From Vicugna vicugna (taxonomy: Eukaryota): a stretch of DNA of 64,000 nt. Under the pieces are notes generated by a model. It was not told the origin of the DNA and ran no database searches. It saw only the letters and a list, made by a program, of their open reading frames with translations. The stretch spans positions 62,001 to 126,000 of the forward strand of contig MU058844.1 in NCBI GenBank assembly GCA_013265495.1. Reading direction: 5' to 3'. This document shows positions 35,250-47,585 of this stretch, piece after piece (within the stretch, counting starts at the first letter, position 1; each line of letters opens with the position of its first letter). A program made the position numbers and the translations under genes.

Positions 35250-37870
35250 ACCTGGAGCAGAGGTTCCATCCTACCAGTAGGGGTCTGGGTGGGAGAAGTG
35301 AAGCCTGGTTCTCCCCACCGTGCCTCCCTGAAATAGAGCTCCCATGCCTATTCCATTTGAAGTATTTTAAAAACGCCAGCAGTCTGCCACTGTCCCTCCA
35401 AGTGTGAACATGTAGCCCCGGACTGGGGTGAGGGGAGCGTATCAGGGGCTAGAGAGCCCTCCCATCTTGTTTGTTGCACAGGCCCAAGGTAGAGTCTCCA
35501 CAGGCAGAGCTGGGGAGAGGTGGGGTAAGTGACTTAAGTGCTATAGACGCTCACTGTTCTTGCTGAGATTTAGATTTTCTTGAATGAATTTTTCTCCACT
35601 TGCTGTAAGCTGTATGCCCTCAGGACAATCTCCAGAGACTTGGAATGATTTCTAATGAAAAATACTTTTCACAAGTTAAATTGTTGCTTTGTTGGGAGGA
35701 GGGTCTGGGAAGTTCTGCCCCACCCCAACCCCATTCATTATTTCCAATAATCAGTCATTCTTATCTTTATTCTCATGTGTATGCTGTGCCTTTTATCTGG
35801 CTGTTTTTGACTTATTTTGCTTTATCCTTGGTTTTCAGCCTTTTGACAATGATGTGCCTTAATGTGGATTTCTTTCTGTTTTTTCCTGCTTGGGGTTTAC
35901 TGGGTTTCTTAGGTTCACGGATTGATATTATTAATTGAATTTGGAAAAATTTCAGCCAAAATTTCCTTAAATTTTTTTTGCCCCATTAGTTCTCTCTTCT
36001 CCTTCTGAATAACATGGATGTTAAACTGCTTATTTTCCTATAGGTAACTGAGGCTCTGTTCATTTTTTTCAAGTTTTTATTTTTTTCCTCTTCAGTTTGG
36101 CAGTTTTTGGTGACTTTTCTTCAAGTTCCTTGACCTTTCCTTCTGCCATCTTCAAACTGATGTTAATCCCACCCAATATTTTCAGGTATTCTATTTTTTA
36201 TTTCAGGTATTTTTTTCCCCAGTTATGTGATTTCCATATGGTTCCTTTTTGTTTGTTTGCGTAAGCATTTTTATATCTTTCCTGATCTGTGTCTTCACAT
36301 ATTGTATCCATTTTTTGTGTGTGTAAATTCTTTAACATATTTATAATAGGAATTTTAAAGTCCTTATATGTTGATTCCAACATCTGCTTTATCTGTGGGT
36401 CTTCTTTTATTTTCTGGGGGGTTTTGCTCTCTTTATTATGGGTCACATTTTCCTGCTTCTTTGTGTTTCTGATAATTTTTCTTGTAAACTAAACACTGTA
36501 AATGATACGTTGTGGAAACTCTAAATTCTGTTATCTTCCTCTGGTGAGTACTAGGTTTTGTTTCAGAGTGCAGCTAAATTTCTTGTGGATAACCTTACTC
36601 TTTCGCAGGCTTGTTTCTGACTTTGTTGGGTTAGTTATATTTTATTTTTATCCTTAGTCCTAGGCTCACAGTCCTTAGCTCAGTCCTGCAATATGGTCCT
36701 TACATCTATGGCATGATGCTTCTGGCATATCATAGAAATGCAAGACATGTTTATCAAACCACTATGATTTGGAAGATTTTAACTGCAAACTATCTCCCAA
36801 CACCAGGTAGCTGCTGAAATCTCTGCTCAATTCTTTCAGCCATCCAGCTGTTGTTTTCTGCTCTCCTCCTTAGTCTTGTCTTGTGCATTACAGCTGAAGA
36901 GTCAGCCAAGGTTTTGAGAAGATTTTGCACATAGATCTGGGGGCTCCCCCCATCACTCCTAAACTTCTGGGATTTTCCTGCCCCCTTCAAATTCCAATGG
37001 CTCAGGCAGCCTTGTCGTCTGGCCTCTAACTCTTCAGTCCAGTAAGTCTGTGTTCTGCAGACTAGTGAATGTCTGCAGGGGAAAAGACAGCTAAATGTGA
37101 ATTATATCTCCTCCAGTTTGTGTCTGATTTTGGCCCTTCTCTAATGCCTTGAAGTAGACAGACAAGAAGAGTTTATAATTATTATTGGTAGGATGTTTAG
37201 TCTGATATAAACTACTCTGCCATTATTTGAAGCTGTCAGTCTTTATATATTTTTAAACATAAATGACATCATGCTATATACTTTATAACATTCTAAAAAT
37301 TGAACATATTTTAGATATCATTCTGTGTCAATACGTATTAAATGACCTTATTTCCTTTATCTGACATATGGTGCTCCAAGTATTCAACTATAAAGCTGTC
37401 AATTGGAGTTATGGGTTATGAATTGTCAATTGGAGTTATGGGGGGTTAAACAAGGATAAACTGTCAATTGGAGTTATGGGTTATGAATTAAACCTCTCTG
37501 AATGTTCTTTGAAAGATGCTGAATTACTTTTCTTTTGAATGCAGCTCCTTATGAAGACTATTTATATTTGGGTCTGAAGCATCATAAATTTAAATAATCC
37601 TCTATTAATGTGCTTTCTGGTTGTTTCCAGTTTTACTTATTACAAGCAATGATAAATGAGCATTTTTGTACATTAATTTTTTTGGTCTTTCTTACAGAAT
37701 CATTATCCTAGAGGTGGAATTGTTGAGTAAAAGTAAATACATAGTCAAAATTTTAATATAAAATTACCAATTATTCTCCAATAAAAGTTATACAAATATA
37801 CACTCTCCAAAAGTATATGAGAATGCCTATTTCTTCCTAACTTTAACAACGTCAGATATTAGTCTTTTAA
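35250..37870 (-). mobile_element. Mosaic of old L1 fragments (5'/ORF1 region and 3' fragment)
   Basis: T-rich strand with L1-typical phrases (tttggaaaaatttcagcca, ctgaggctctgttcatttttt, ggttgtttccagtttt, cctagaggtggaattgttgagt). Boundaries approximate. Confidence 0.65.
37396..37489 (+). repeat. Complex local triplication
   Basis: ctgtcaattggagttatgggttatgaatt at 37396-37424 and 37461-37489, with a partial third copy at 37424-37442. Confidence 0.92.
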
Positions 37871-38110
37871 ATCTTTCCCATACATACAAACCACCCTAGT
37901 AGCATCCCATAAGAGGAGGACTGTCCAGCCCTCTTTTGCTGTTCTCAGTCTTGATTCCAAGCTATTGTCCCTCTGCTTTTCCAACACTGTGTCTCTGTCT
38001 TGCCCTCTGGATAGGACCATCACTGCTTGTCTCTGGGATCCCCCTCAAAAACAATTTGGATTCTACCTCCAGGCATGCTTCCTGACTATACTGATAAAAA
38101 AACATAATTT

Positions 38111-39163
38111 TCAATGGAATGGGAGAAAATATTTGCAAAAAATGAAACTGATGAGGGCTTGATCTCTAGAATATATAAACAGCTCATATGACTTAATAAG
38201 AAAAAAACAAACAACCCAATCCAAAAATGGGCAGAAGAGCTAAACAAGCAGTTCTCCAATGAAGACATACGAATGACCGATAAGCACACGAAAAAATGCT
38301 CAGTATCACTAATTATCAGAGAAATGCAAATCAAAACTACAATGAGGTATCATCTCACACCAGTCAGAATGGCCATCATACAAAAGTCCACAAATGATAA
38401 ATGCTGGGAGGCTGTGTAGAAAAGGGAGCCATGCATTGGTGGGAATGCAGTTTGGTACAGCCATTGTGGAAAACAGAATGGAGATTCCTCAAAAGACTGA
38501 AAATAGACTTACCATATACCTAGCAATCTCACTCCTGGGCATATACCCAGAAGGAACCCTAATTCAAAAAGACACTGGCACCCGAATGTTCATAGCAACA
38601 CTATTTACAAGAGCCAAGCCATGGAAACAACCTAAATGTCCAGCAACAGATGACTGGATAAAGAAGTTGTGGTGTATTTATACAATGGAATACTACTCAG
38701 CCATAAAAAAGAAAAATAATGCCATTTGCAGCAACATGGATGTCCCTGGAGAATGTCATTCTAAGTGAAGTAAGCCAGAAAGAGAAAGAAAAATACCATA
38801 TAATATCACTCATATATGGACTTGAAAAAGAAAAAAAGAAGAAGACAAATGAACTTAAATATAAAACAGAAACAGAGTCACAGACATAGAATACAAACTT
38901 GTGGTTGCCAGGGGGGAGGGGGGTTAGAAGGGATAAACTGGGAGTTCGAGATTTGTAGATACTGACAGGTATCTATAGAACAGATAAACAAGTTTATACT
39001 ACATAGAACAGGGAAATATATTCAAGATCTTGTAGTAGCTCACGGTGAAAAACAATATGAAAATGAATATATATGTATTAATGTATGACTGAAAAATTGT
39101 GCTGTACATCAGAAATTGACATGACATTGTAAACTGACTTTAATTCAATAAAAACAAACAAAC
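38111..39163 (+). mobile_element. Camelid-type L1 3' ~1.05 kb (second subfamily)
   Basis: ORF2 C-terminal residues (KQPKCPATDDWIKKLWCIYTMEYYSAIKK) and 3' UTR. TSD aaaaaacataattt (38097-38110, 39164-39177). Confidence 0.92.
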
Positions 39164-39463
39164 AAAAAACATAATTTCCAGCTCACCTGGCCCAGGGCTT
39201 TATTCTCTAGTGTTCTTCCACCATGAATATTTCCGGTTTACCTCATTCTCTTCACCTTCCCTCATTTACCTTCACAATTTACCTCATCTCCCAAATCTAA
39301 AATAGATACTTCTGTCTTTGTGAATTAAGGTCACTGCAATTTGAACCATATATCTGCAACAATTGGTTCAAAAGTACTTTGTTAGTAAGAAATGCTCTAA
39401 AATGTCTCCAAAATTATTGCTGTAGCTTCCTTATATTCTTTACTTTTAAAAAGTAACCATTAA

Positions 39464-39616
39464 TGGGGGTGTGACAGGTAACAGCTCAGTAGTAGAGTGC
39501 ATGCTTATCATGCATGAGGTCCTGGGCTCAATCCCCAGTACTTCCACTAACAAAAATAGAAATTAAAATTAAAAAAATAAATTAAATAAAACTATAACTA
39601 TATAAAATACAAAAAA
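39464..39616 (+). mobile_element. tRNA-derived camelid SINE (Vic-1-like)
   Basis: A-box/B-box head (cagctcagtagtagagtgcatgctt...gaggtcctgggctcaatccccagtac) with A-rich tail. TSD taaccattaa (39454-39463, 39617-39626). Confidence 0.88.
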
Positions 39617-39699
39617 TAACCATTAAGAGATCAAATAACATACTGGCACATTTTCTAAGTAAAATGTATGTCAAGGAATTGTTAAAAGCAGTTTAAAGA

Positions 39700-40890
39700 T
39701 AGAAAACTAAACATACACATTTTCTTGAACATTCTCTGGATTCCCACTAACTGACATAAAGGGATTTTTTTTTTAAGACCTAAGAGGAAAGAGAAAGTGC
39801 TGCAAATTAGAAAACAGAAGAAAGATGAACTGACCCAGCAGACCCAGGAAAACTATGTCATAAGTGAGCAAGCTAAGCAGTAGCCCGTTTTCCAACACAT
39901 ATAGAGCCCCCAGATCTCAAGAAACAGAATCATCAGGGGTTTATGATTTGGGGATAAAGGACAGAAGGAGTGGCTAGACCGCCCTTGCCAAATTCCTCTT
40001 TCTTATTTTGTGCAACCAGGTGATAATCCTCTCCCTCTACCTCAGCAGGAAATGGGGGTTTATACTGTGGAGGGAGTGAAAACAGAAGGTCTCTGAGATG
40101 GGGCCACAGGGTATAGCTGAGGGCACTTACCACTTGGAAAACAGGAGAATTAAATACTAAATGTTGAAACCCTCCCCTATAGTTACTGACCCTCTTCTAT
40201 TACTTGGTTCATAGAATACTATGCAGGATATTAGAAGACTCTCTGAAAATATATCTGACAAACCAAAAGAAAAGACCTAAAGATACTGACATTCCAGTTA
40301 TCCAATTAAACAGCCCAGCCTCATCACCCTACAAGAGATCCGGTGGTCTCCAAGCCCCACCCACAATACAAAGCTACCATTATGCTTTTTAGTGCCCTGA
40401 TTTTAAATATAAACTACACCCAAGGATCACTAGATATCTGAAGAAAGCCTCACACATAAAAGACAGAGAATAAAAACAAAGAGATTAAAGTAATTTGAAG
40501 GTGAAAGAGGTGAAAATAATCAGGGAGCTAAGAGAATGTACTGCAAACATGAAGCAACAGGATGCTATTTTAAAAGGAGTGTCCATAAAACAAAAATGTC
40601 TTTGAAATGAAAAAAAACATGGCATAAATTAAAAACCCAATAAAAAGTTTAGAAGAAAACCCTGACAAAACTTCCAAAGGACAACAAAATGACAGAAAAT
40701 AGGAGAGAAAAGACAAGAACATTTAAGGACTAAAACAGGAAGTCCGATATCCAAACAGTATGAGTCATAGAAGAGGAAAAGAGAAAACGGAGGAAATGAA
40801 GTCATGAAAGGAAGGTGAGATGACTCCACAGTGACTCCACAGTGAGAAGGCAGTACATAATGCCCAAGCTTGAAAAAAATCATTGGCTCT
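39700..40890 (+). mobile_element. Old L1 5'UTR/ORF1-like remnant
   Basis: A-rich, with ORF1-like phrases (caggatgctattttaaaagga, caaaatgacagaaaataggagagaaaagacaagaac). Boundaries approximate. Confidence 0.55.
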
Positions 40891-43635
40891 AATATTTTTT
40901 TGAATTAGTAAATAAATGAAACAACACTCTTAAATGAAGTCCTATAGGTAAATGAAATCATATTATGTGTCACCTCCTCTAGAATACTGGGGTCCTGGGA
41001 GGGGCCCAGGACAGTGCATACTGCCTGAGTCGGGTGAAGGGTCAGAACACAGGAAACGGCACCGCCGTGCCGGCGCTGCAGAGTTGGCACATGCGACTTA
41101 CAGTGGTGGTTCCAGGTTACAGCTGCTGTGTATCTTGCCAGCCTTCTCCCTGTTTGCACAGTCGCTGACTAGCATCTGGAAGAGAGATCATCATCGATAG
41201 CTTCACCCTGTCATCTTTGCCTGTAGTTCATAGAACCCAGGGGCTTTATCAGAGGTGGCATCTTGGAGAGAATAACCCAAAAGCCTAAAAAATAGTGCAA
41301 CTGAGTCACCAAAATGAAAGGCTAACAAAATGAGGGAAACCTCGGACCAGGCCTGAGGTAGTGAGGGAGAGTGGGGAACCAGAGTGTCCCCACAGGAGCA
41401 TTTTAGGTCTCCCTTTAGTATGACCTCATAGCTTACTGATCTTTTCCTTCTTTATCTTTTGCCACAGCTTTTAACTTCTCACGAAATTACAAGCTCCACA
41501 AGGACAGGATCTATGCTTGCTTTGCTATGATGTCCCTCATCAGTACTTGGCACATAAGAGGTACAACAAAAAGTTGTTAAATAAACGAACAAACAAACCA
41601 GGTAAGAGCAGAAAAGTCTGAGCTGGCAAGTGAGCTGTAGAGCCTGGAGGACTTTCCTGAGCTACATAAAAATAGGAGGAAACTGTTGTTGCTTGATGTG
41701 GGAGGCCAACAGCCTGGACACGGGAGGGAAGAGGTCCTTACAGGTGCCCACTGTGCCTGGGGACTGTGGCAGTCATGCCACACACACATGCGTTTGTGCC
41801 TGAAGCACTCACCGTGAATCCTGAACACTGGAGCCGTGACTGCCCAGGCAAGCCTGGCTTTCCAAGGGAGGCCACCATGACTGAAGATCACTTTTGTTCA
41901 TAGACAGTGGGGCTGGAAAGGAAATTCCTCAGGTTTTCACTTGAAAGCCCAAACTTCAGGTTGGCCAACAGCAACCTCACACCATCTTGGCTGGAATTAA
42001 ATTCAGACGAGAGGTCATTTCCCAATCCTGTGGATGATCTAACAAGATACGCTGTTTCGAAGGCAGGATACAGCCACAGTCAACTACAAAGGGCGGGAGG
42101 ATCATTCCTCAGAGGGTAGAGTAGAATGACATTTTATTTTGAAAAAAGTTTCGAATCTGCTCCGTGGGGACAGAAGGAAGGCTCTGGGGTGGGGATAGAG
42201 AGCAAGGACAATTTTTAATAACATCAAGAAGCAGCTCAGATTTCACTTGGCTAAATAAAGGCAGAACATTCCTCAAAACACTCAGGTACTAAGACAACTT
42301 ATTAGCGCTGCTCCCATAATGGTGGGAGAAAAAAATTCAACCATTTACCTAAAATCAGTGTTGCCAGGGAGGGGATGCGGAACTATCCTGCTCAGAGAAA
42401 GGGAAAAGGCCTCTTTCCCCTGAGATTCTGGCTTTTCCTCCACTTTCTCCTGCAAAAGGCTATCAGGGGAAGGTTATGAATAGAGCTCTTTTCCTTCAGC
42501 CAATGAGACAAACACCCTATTCAAAAGCCCATGTGGTGCCCTGCCCACAGATTGTCTCAGCCCGGATTATCTTGGCTTTTGACGAAATCCCACGGGGCAA
42601 CAACGGCAACCTCGCTTTGCTGTGCTATTTCACATGACCTTCTGGCTGGCAGCAGGCAGGAACTAGTAAAGATCTATTTTATGAACGTCACCCACTTGCT
42701 CTCCATGATAGTGAGGGGAGAGAGCTGCTTACATCAAAAGTCCAGCAGGTGGGTTGGAAACAACGAAGCTGACACAGCCATTCCGGGATCCTTGGCAGCA
42801 CCTCCGGGGTTATAAAGACAGCTCAGGTGGGCTTGAGTTCAAATGCTGACATTGCTATGTATTTTAGTGAGTGACCTGGGTTAGATAACTTCCTCAAGCG
42901 TCAGTTTTCTGACCTGTAAAATAAGGGAACTCAGGCTAAAATCCTGGCGTCTACAGTGGTCAGAGGATGAAATGACACCTTGCCCTTGAAATCAACTTCC
43001 CCCGAGGCTGCTGTTTCCTCTCTTGTCTCCTCTCCCTCCCTTCTCTGTGCTCATTGCACGTGGCTGCAGTAATCCTGCAGGATGAGTCAGCTGAAATGGA
43101 GCAGGAACTTAGTCTAGAATTGCCTTAAATGAACATCAGGAAGCCTAAGAAACGTATGCAAGACTTTTGGACTCCGGGGCAGCAGTGTTTATATTACCCC
43201 GTTGCCTGTTTTGTGGTGCGGGGTTAGCATCCATTCATTTGGTCATGCTTTCATTCACCCACTGAGACTTTCATAAATGCTCATTGCATTAGGAAAGGTG
43301 GGGACACAAGACACAGGTCTGTCCTCACAGAGCCTAGAATTCTAGAATACAAGGAGGCAAATGCCAAGTGAGCCTCACTTTCACCCTTTGACTTTGCAAC
43401 CAGCAAAGACAGACCCTGGCCTGGGTCAAGGATGATGTCATTGCCAGTGGGAGGAACTTCTTTATAGAAAATAAATCACCTTAATGGGACATTAAACATG
43501 TGGCCTTATAAGCACCACATTAAGGAGTCCATCAGGCACACTGGCTTAGATCTTCATAGTTCAGAAGACAAAATGTGTGCAAGGCTAATGCTCCCATCAA
43601 AACCCCAAAAGGGTACGTGGCCATAAGCAGGACCC

Positions 43636-44110
43636 AGTGTTCCCAAATTTCATATACGTATGACTAATGCAGAATATTTTGTATGAGGTGTTAGGTATTT
43701 ATCTTTATGTGTATTTTAAATATAAATAACATTAACCCATTGTTTCAAACAGACTATTGCTAAAAGAAAATAATTTTTTAAGTGAGTTAATTTTTAAAAA
43801 ATTTGCACAAGTGGTGCATTATATATTAAAAATTATCAAAGTGGTACTCAAGTGGCCAGAGTTTGGGAAGCACACAGTGGTTCTCACTGGGGACACTCCT
43901 GGCATCTGGGGACAGGCAACTCTTCATTATGTAGGGCTATTGCCACACTGCCTGATGCCTAATATTCTCAGCCTCTGCTCGCTACTTGGTAATAGGACCT
44001 TCTCTACAGTGCATGGTGATAATCCCCTCACAAAAAATGCCTCCAAAGATTTCCAAATGCCACATGTAGAAGGCTGGGGGGATGTGGTGCCACTCCTGGC
44101 TGGGAACTAT
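43636..44110. mobile_element. Two abutting old hAT-Charlie fossils (MER112/113-like then MER20-like)
   Basis: cagtgttcccaaatt ... gtggtactcaagtggccagagtttgggaagcac (TIR pair), followed by cagtggttctcact...aaaaatgcctccaaagatttccaaatgcc. Confidence 0.55.
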
Positions 44111-44769
44111 CGCTAAACTAAAGTTAAAGACTTGCTGGAGGCCCCATTGGAAAAACAAGCTATTTTCAGATATTTTTAAAATAGAACGAAGGGAAGATAA
44201 AAGTCAAGTTCAATTACCAAGTGGCTTAGCACAGGAGGGGGTGGGGAACCACAGTAAGCAACTGAGAACCCAAATGAGACAACAGCAAGGACACAAAGAA
44301 AGTCCTGGCAAGAGTGAGGACAGACAGGAAAGGCCTGGGGCTGCCGACAGAGCCTTCCTGGTTTGAGGCTGCTTTTATGAGGCAAGACCAGTTCCTTCCT
44401 GCTTGTCTTACAGGTGCCACCTGGCATCTGACAATGACCAGAGAGAGTGCCTGCGGCCTGCTGAAGAACAGGCAATACACCCTATTGCTTGAACTAAGTG
44501 TGGTGTCACACCAAGCCAGAAACGTATTTTGCAAGGATAAAAGAATCTTATGATGAAATATGTGACAGATTTATCAATCATTAAAGAAGGAAAGAAGGTC
44601 TCAGAAAACCACGAGTCCCTTTCCAAGTGACCCACAATGTGCTGCTAACAGTGAGGATGAATTGATGCTTTTGGACACTACCCAAGATACTATTCATGCC
44701 TTTGAAAAATTTTTGTTATTTTTGGAACCTTTGAGCTCCCAGTTTTCCGAGCATACTCTAGGTTGAGGG

Positions 44770-44935
44770 TCTTCTTCCTCTAGGTATCTGTAGAACAAAC
44801 TTTTTCAAAGTTGTTAATAAGTGATGTCATGGAAAAAAGCTTCCAGTGTCAGATAAATTTGGGAAATAGCATACATTTCTATTTTGGAGGTTCACAATGT
44901 ACACCGGTACCTTAAAGGTCTTGAGAAGAACTCTT
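44770..44935. mobile_element. MER103C-like hAT fragment
   Basis: tgttaataag...cagataaatttgggaaa...ttggaggttcacaatg...ttaaaggtcttgagaag. Confidence 0.55.
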
Positions 44936-45409
44936 CTGTTCCTTGGCAACTTAAAAGGTGAAATCCAAACTCCTCGCCTAGTTTTAAAAGTCAGCTCACT
45001 TGTCCCAACTTCACCCAATCGATGTAATTTTCCTGACAGGCAGGCTCATCCCTACTGCTCCTAGTATCTATCTTTTCCATCCTCACTTCTGGGTCTTCTT
45101 CTACATTCCTCCATCCTCTAGAAACACCTTCCCTAAGCTTTCCACTGACTCTATACCTCTGTCAAGCCCAGCTCAAGGGTCATGTCCTAACAACTGTTTC
45201 CCACAGGGAACTTTCTCTTTACTGTGAATTTTCTCAGAATCGTATCTGTAAAAGGTGGTGCCATATCACTGCGATCACTTCTCTGTTGTCTTGGGATTAT
45301 CATCTGGTATGTGATGCGTGCAGTTTGTAAGCAGCTTTGATTTTTTTCAACTTCTCATGGGAGCTCATTATTGTACTATGGATTATAAGGGCCTTGTAGA
45401 AAAAAAATT

Positions 45410-46108
45410 TCTTTTTCTTTAACTGAAGTATAGCTGATTTACAATATTGTTAGTTTCAGGTGTACAGCACAGTGATTCAGAATTTTTGCAGATTATACTC
45501 CATTACAGGTTATTACAAGATAATGGCTATAATTGCCTATGCTACACATTACATCCTTGTTACTTATCTATTTTATACTTAGTGGTTTGTACCTGTTAAT
45601 CTCATGTACCTAATTTGTCCCTTCCCCCTTCCTTCTCCCGTTTGGTGAACACAAGTTTGTTTTCTATATCTGTGAGTGTGTTTCTGTTTTGCATATACGT
45701 TCATTTGTATTACTTGTTTAGATTCCACACATAAGTGATATCATACAGTATTTGTCTTTCTCTGACTTATTTCACTAAGCATAATATTCTCTAGGTCCAT
45801 CTGTGTTGCTGCAAATGGCAGGATTTCATTCTTTCTTATGGTGGAATAACATTCCATCCATATATGTATATACGTATGTGTGTGTATATGTATATATTTT
45901 ATACACACACACACACACACACACATATCACATCTTCTTAATCCAATTGTCTGTTGAGGGGTACCTGGGTTGCCTCTATGTCTTAGCTATTGTGAATAGT
46001 GCTGCTATGAACATGGGGGTGCATGTATCTTTTCAAATTAGTGTCTTCATTTTTTCCAGATATATACTTAGGAGGGGAATTGTTGGATGGTATGGAAATT
46101 CTATTTTT
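45410..46108 (-). mobile_element. L1 3' end (cetartiodactyl type) with internal (TA/TG/CA)n
   Basis: Minus ORF 45741-45926 ends MECYSTIRKNEILPFAATQMDLENIMLSEISQ (L1 ORF2 C-terminus). T-rich tail at the left end. Confidence 0.9.
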
Positions 46109-46419
46109 GTTGGAAAAACACTTCTTGATACGCATCCTAGTGGATATGCTAATGGCTGGCTTTGTTCTCTCAGACTTAGACTTTCTGTGCCTCTATGAAT
46201 CAGCAACTGCTATGTAGTGGTTGAATATATGTGTTCACATTGACTACATTTAGTTACTCTGATGTTCCTCAAATTAAATGAAATGTCCACTACAACAGAT
46301 TCTATCTAAAATTGTATGATGTTGGGAGTATTCCAAGTCAAAGTTAAGATTGTGCTCCTGGAAGTGTAAGTTGACCTTTTACCTACACGAATATTTAGAG
46401 TTTACCTTTATTTATAATA

Positions 46420-47585
46420 TATTCCCTACCTCCTCCCCAACCCCTGCCTTTCCCAAAGTCTTTCTCAAATCAGTTTAAAATTAGTCCATCCTTCCATTTG
46501 TTTAGGACACAAATCTTGATGTTTCATTATTGATTTCTTTTTCATTTTAACATCACATCTAATCCATCAGCAAATCCATTTAGTTCTACCTTCAAAATAT
46601 ATTCAGAACCTGATCCCTGCTCACCACCTCCACGCCACAGGACACGTACCCTGGAAGCTGACTCTGAGATGGAGTAGTGGGCAGGAGGGTTATTAGGGAG
46701 CGCTCCTGGGATTCACAGCTGGGAGAGGGAAGGAGACAGGCTTGGCGAGAGGGAGCAGTGGAGCTGTGACACCATCACGATGAAAGCCTGAGCTGACTCT
46801 ATGAGGAGCTCTGAGCCGGGGTGGCCCTTGGGCACGGTCCTGAATTGAGGTGAGTGAGCGAGGCTTTATACCCCTTACCTTCAGGTCACACGCTGGACAC
46901 ACACTGCCCCAGGAAGGGGGAATGACAAGGGTCAAGATGGCTGTCTTCAGAGAAGGCAGCTCTTGAAGAGGACTGACAGCTGAAGGCCACTAGCTGGAGA
47001 CCTCCCAGCTGCTGGAGGAATAAATTTTTCATCCCTGAAGGGGATTTGAGCACCATCACACATCCATATACTTTGCCATGACTATCTTGATCCAAGCCCC
47101 TGTCTTCCCGGGATTAGTGTTAACAGCCTTGTCATTATTTCCCTGCTTTGGTCCTCTTAAAATGTCAGTTAGAGCAAGTCTTTGAAAAATGTAAGTTAGA
47201 TGATGTCATTGCCTCTGCTCAAAACCATCCAGTAGCTTCCCATCTCATCCTGAGTAAAAGCCAAAATCATCACAATGGCCTGTCAGGTCCCATCATCCCC
47301 CACCCCTATGAAGCGCTCTAGCCTCGGCCGCCACCACTTGTCTGCCTGCCCACTGCAGTCTAGCTACTCTGCCCTCCTTGTTATTCTTTGAAAACGTTTG
47401 GCAAGTTCTCATCTCGAGCCTTCACATTTTACTCTTCCCTCTGCCCAAACTTCTCTCTCGGCAGTGTCAAGGAGCCCTATGAGGGGAGAAATTTCGGACT
47501 GATGCGTTGGCTGCTATATCCCCAGTATCTATATCCATGCCTAGCACATAACAGGGATGCAAAAAATACATGTTGAATGAATTTC
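46420..47585 (+). mobile_element. L2 LINE 3' fragment (interrupted by LTR16A-like)
   Basis: ctaatccatcagcaaatcc...ctaccttcaaaatatattcagaa; ctgctcaaaaccatccagtagcttcccatctc; tgcctagcacataa...tgttgaatgaat. Confidence 0.82.
46636..47068 (-). mobile_element. ERVL solo LTR (LTR16A-like) inserted in L2
   Basis: gactctgagatggag...ttattagggagcgctcctgggat...gctttatacccc...gactgacagctgaagg...cctgaaggggattt. Confidence 0.75.

Noticed and set aside
37396..37489. Repeat-spacer-repeat pattern superficially like a CRISPR array
   Set aside because: Only two full copies, irregular spacing, eukaryotic context and no cas genes.
38394..38768. 124-aa ORF with L1 ORF2 similarity
   Set aside because: A 5'-truncated, frameshifted L1 fragment, not a host gene.
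39478..39545. tRNA-like sequences (also 49405-49475 and 62035-62105)
   Set aside because: These are SINE heads with A-rich tails and TSDs, not tRNA genes.
41055..41075. Small CpG cluster forming a 6-bp stem (cggcac-cgcc-gtgccg)
   Set aside because: Too short to distinguish from chance.
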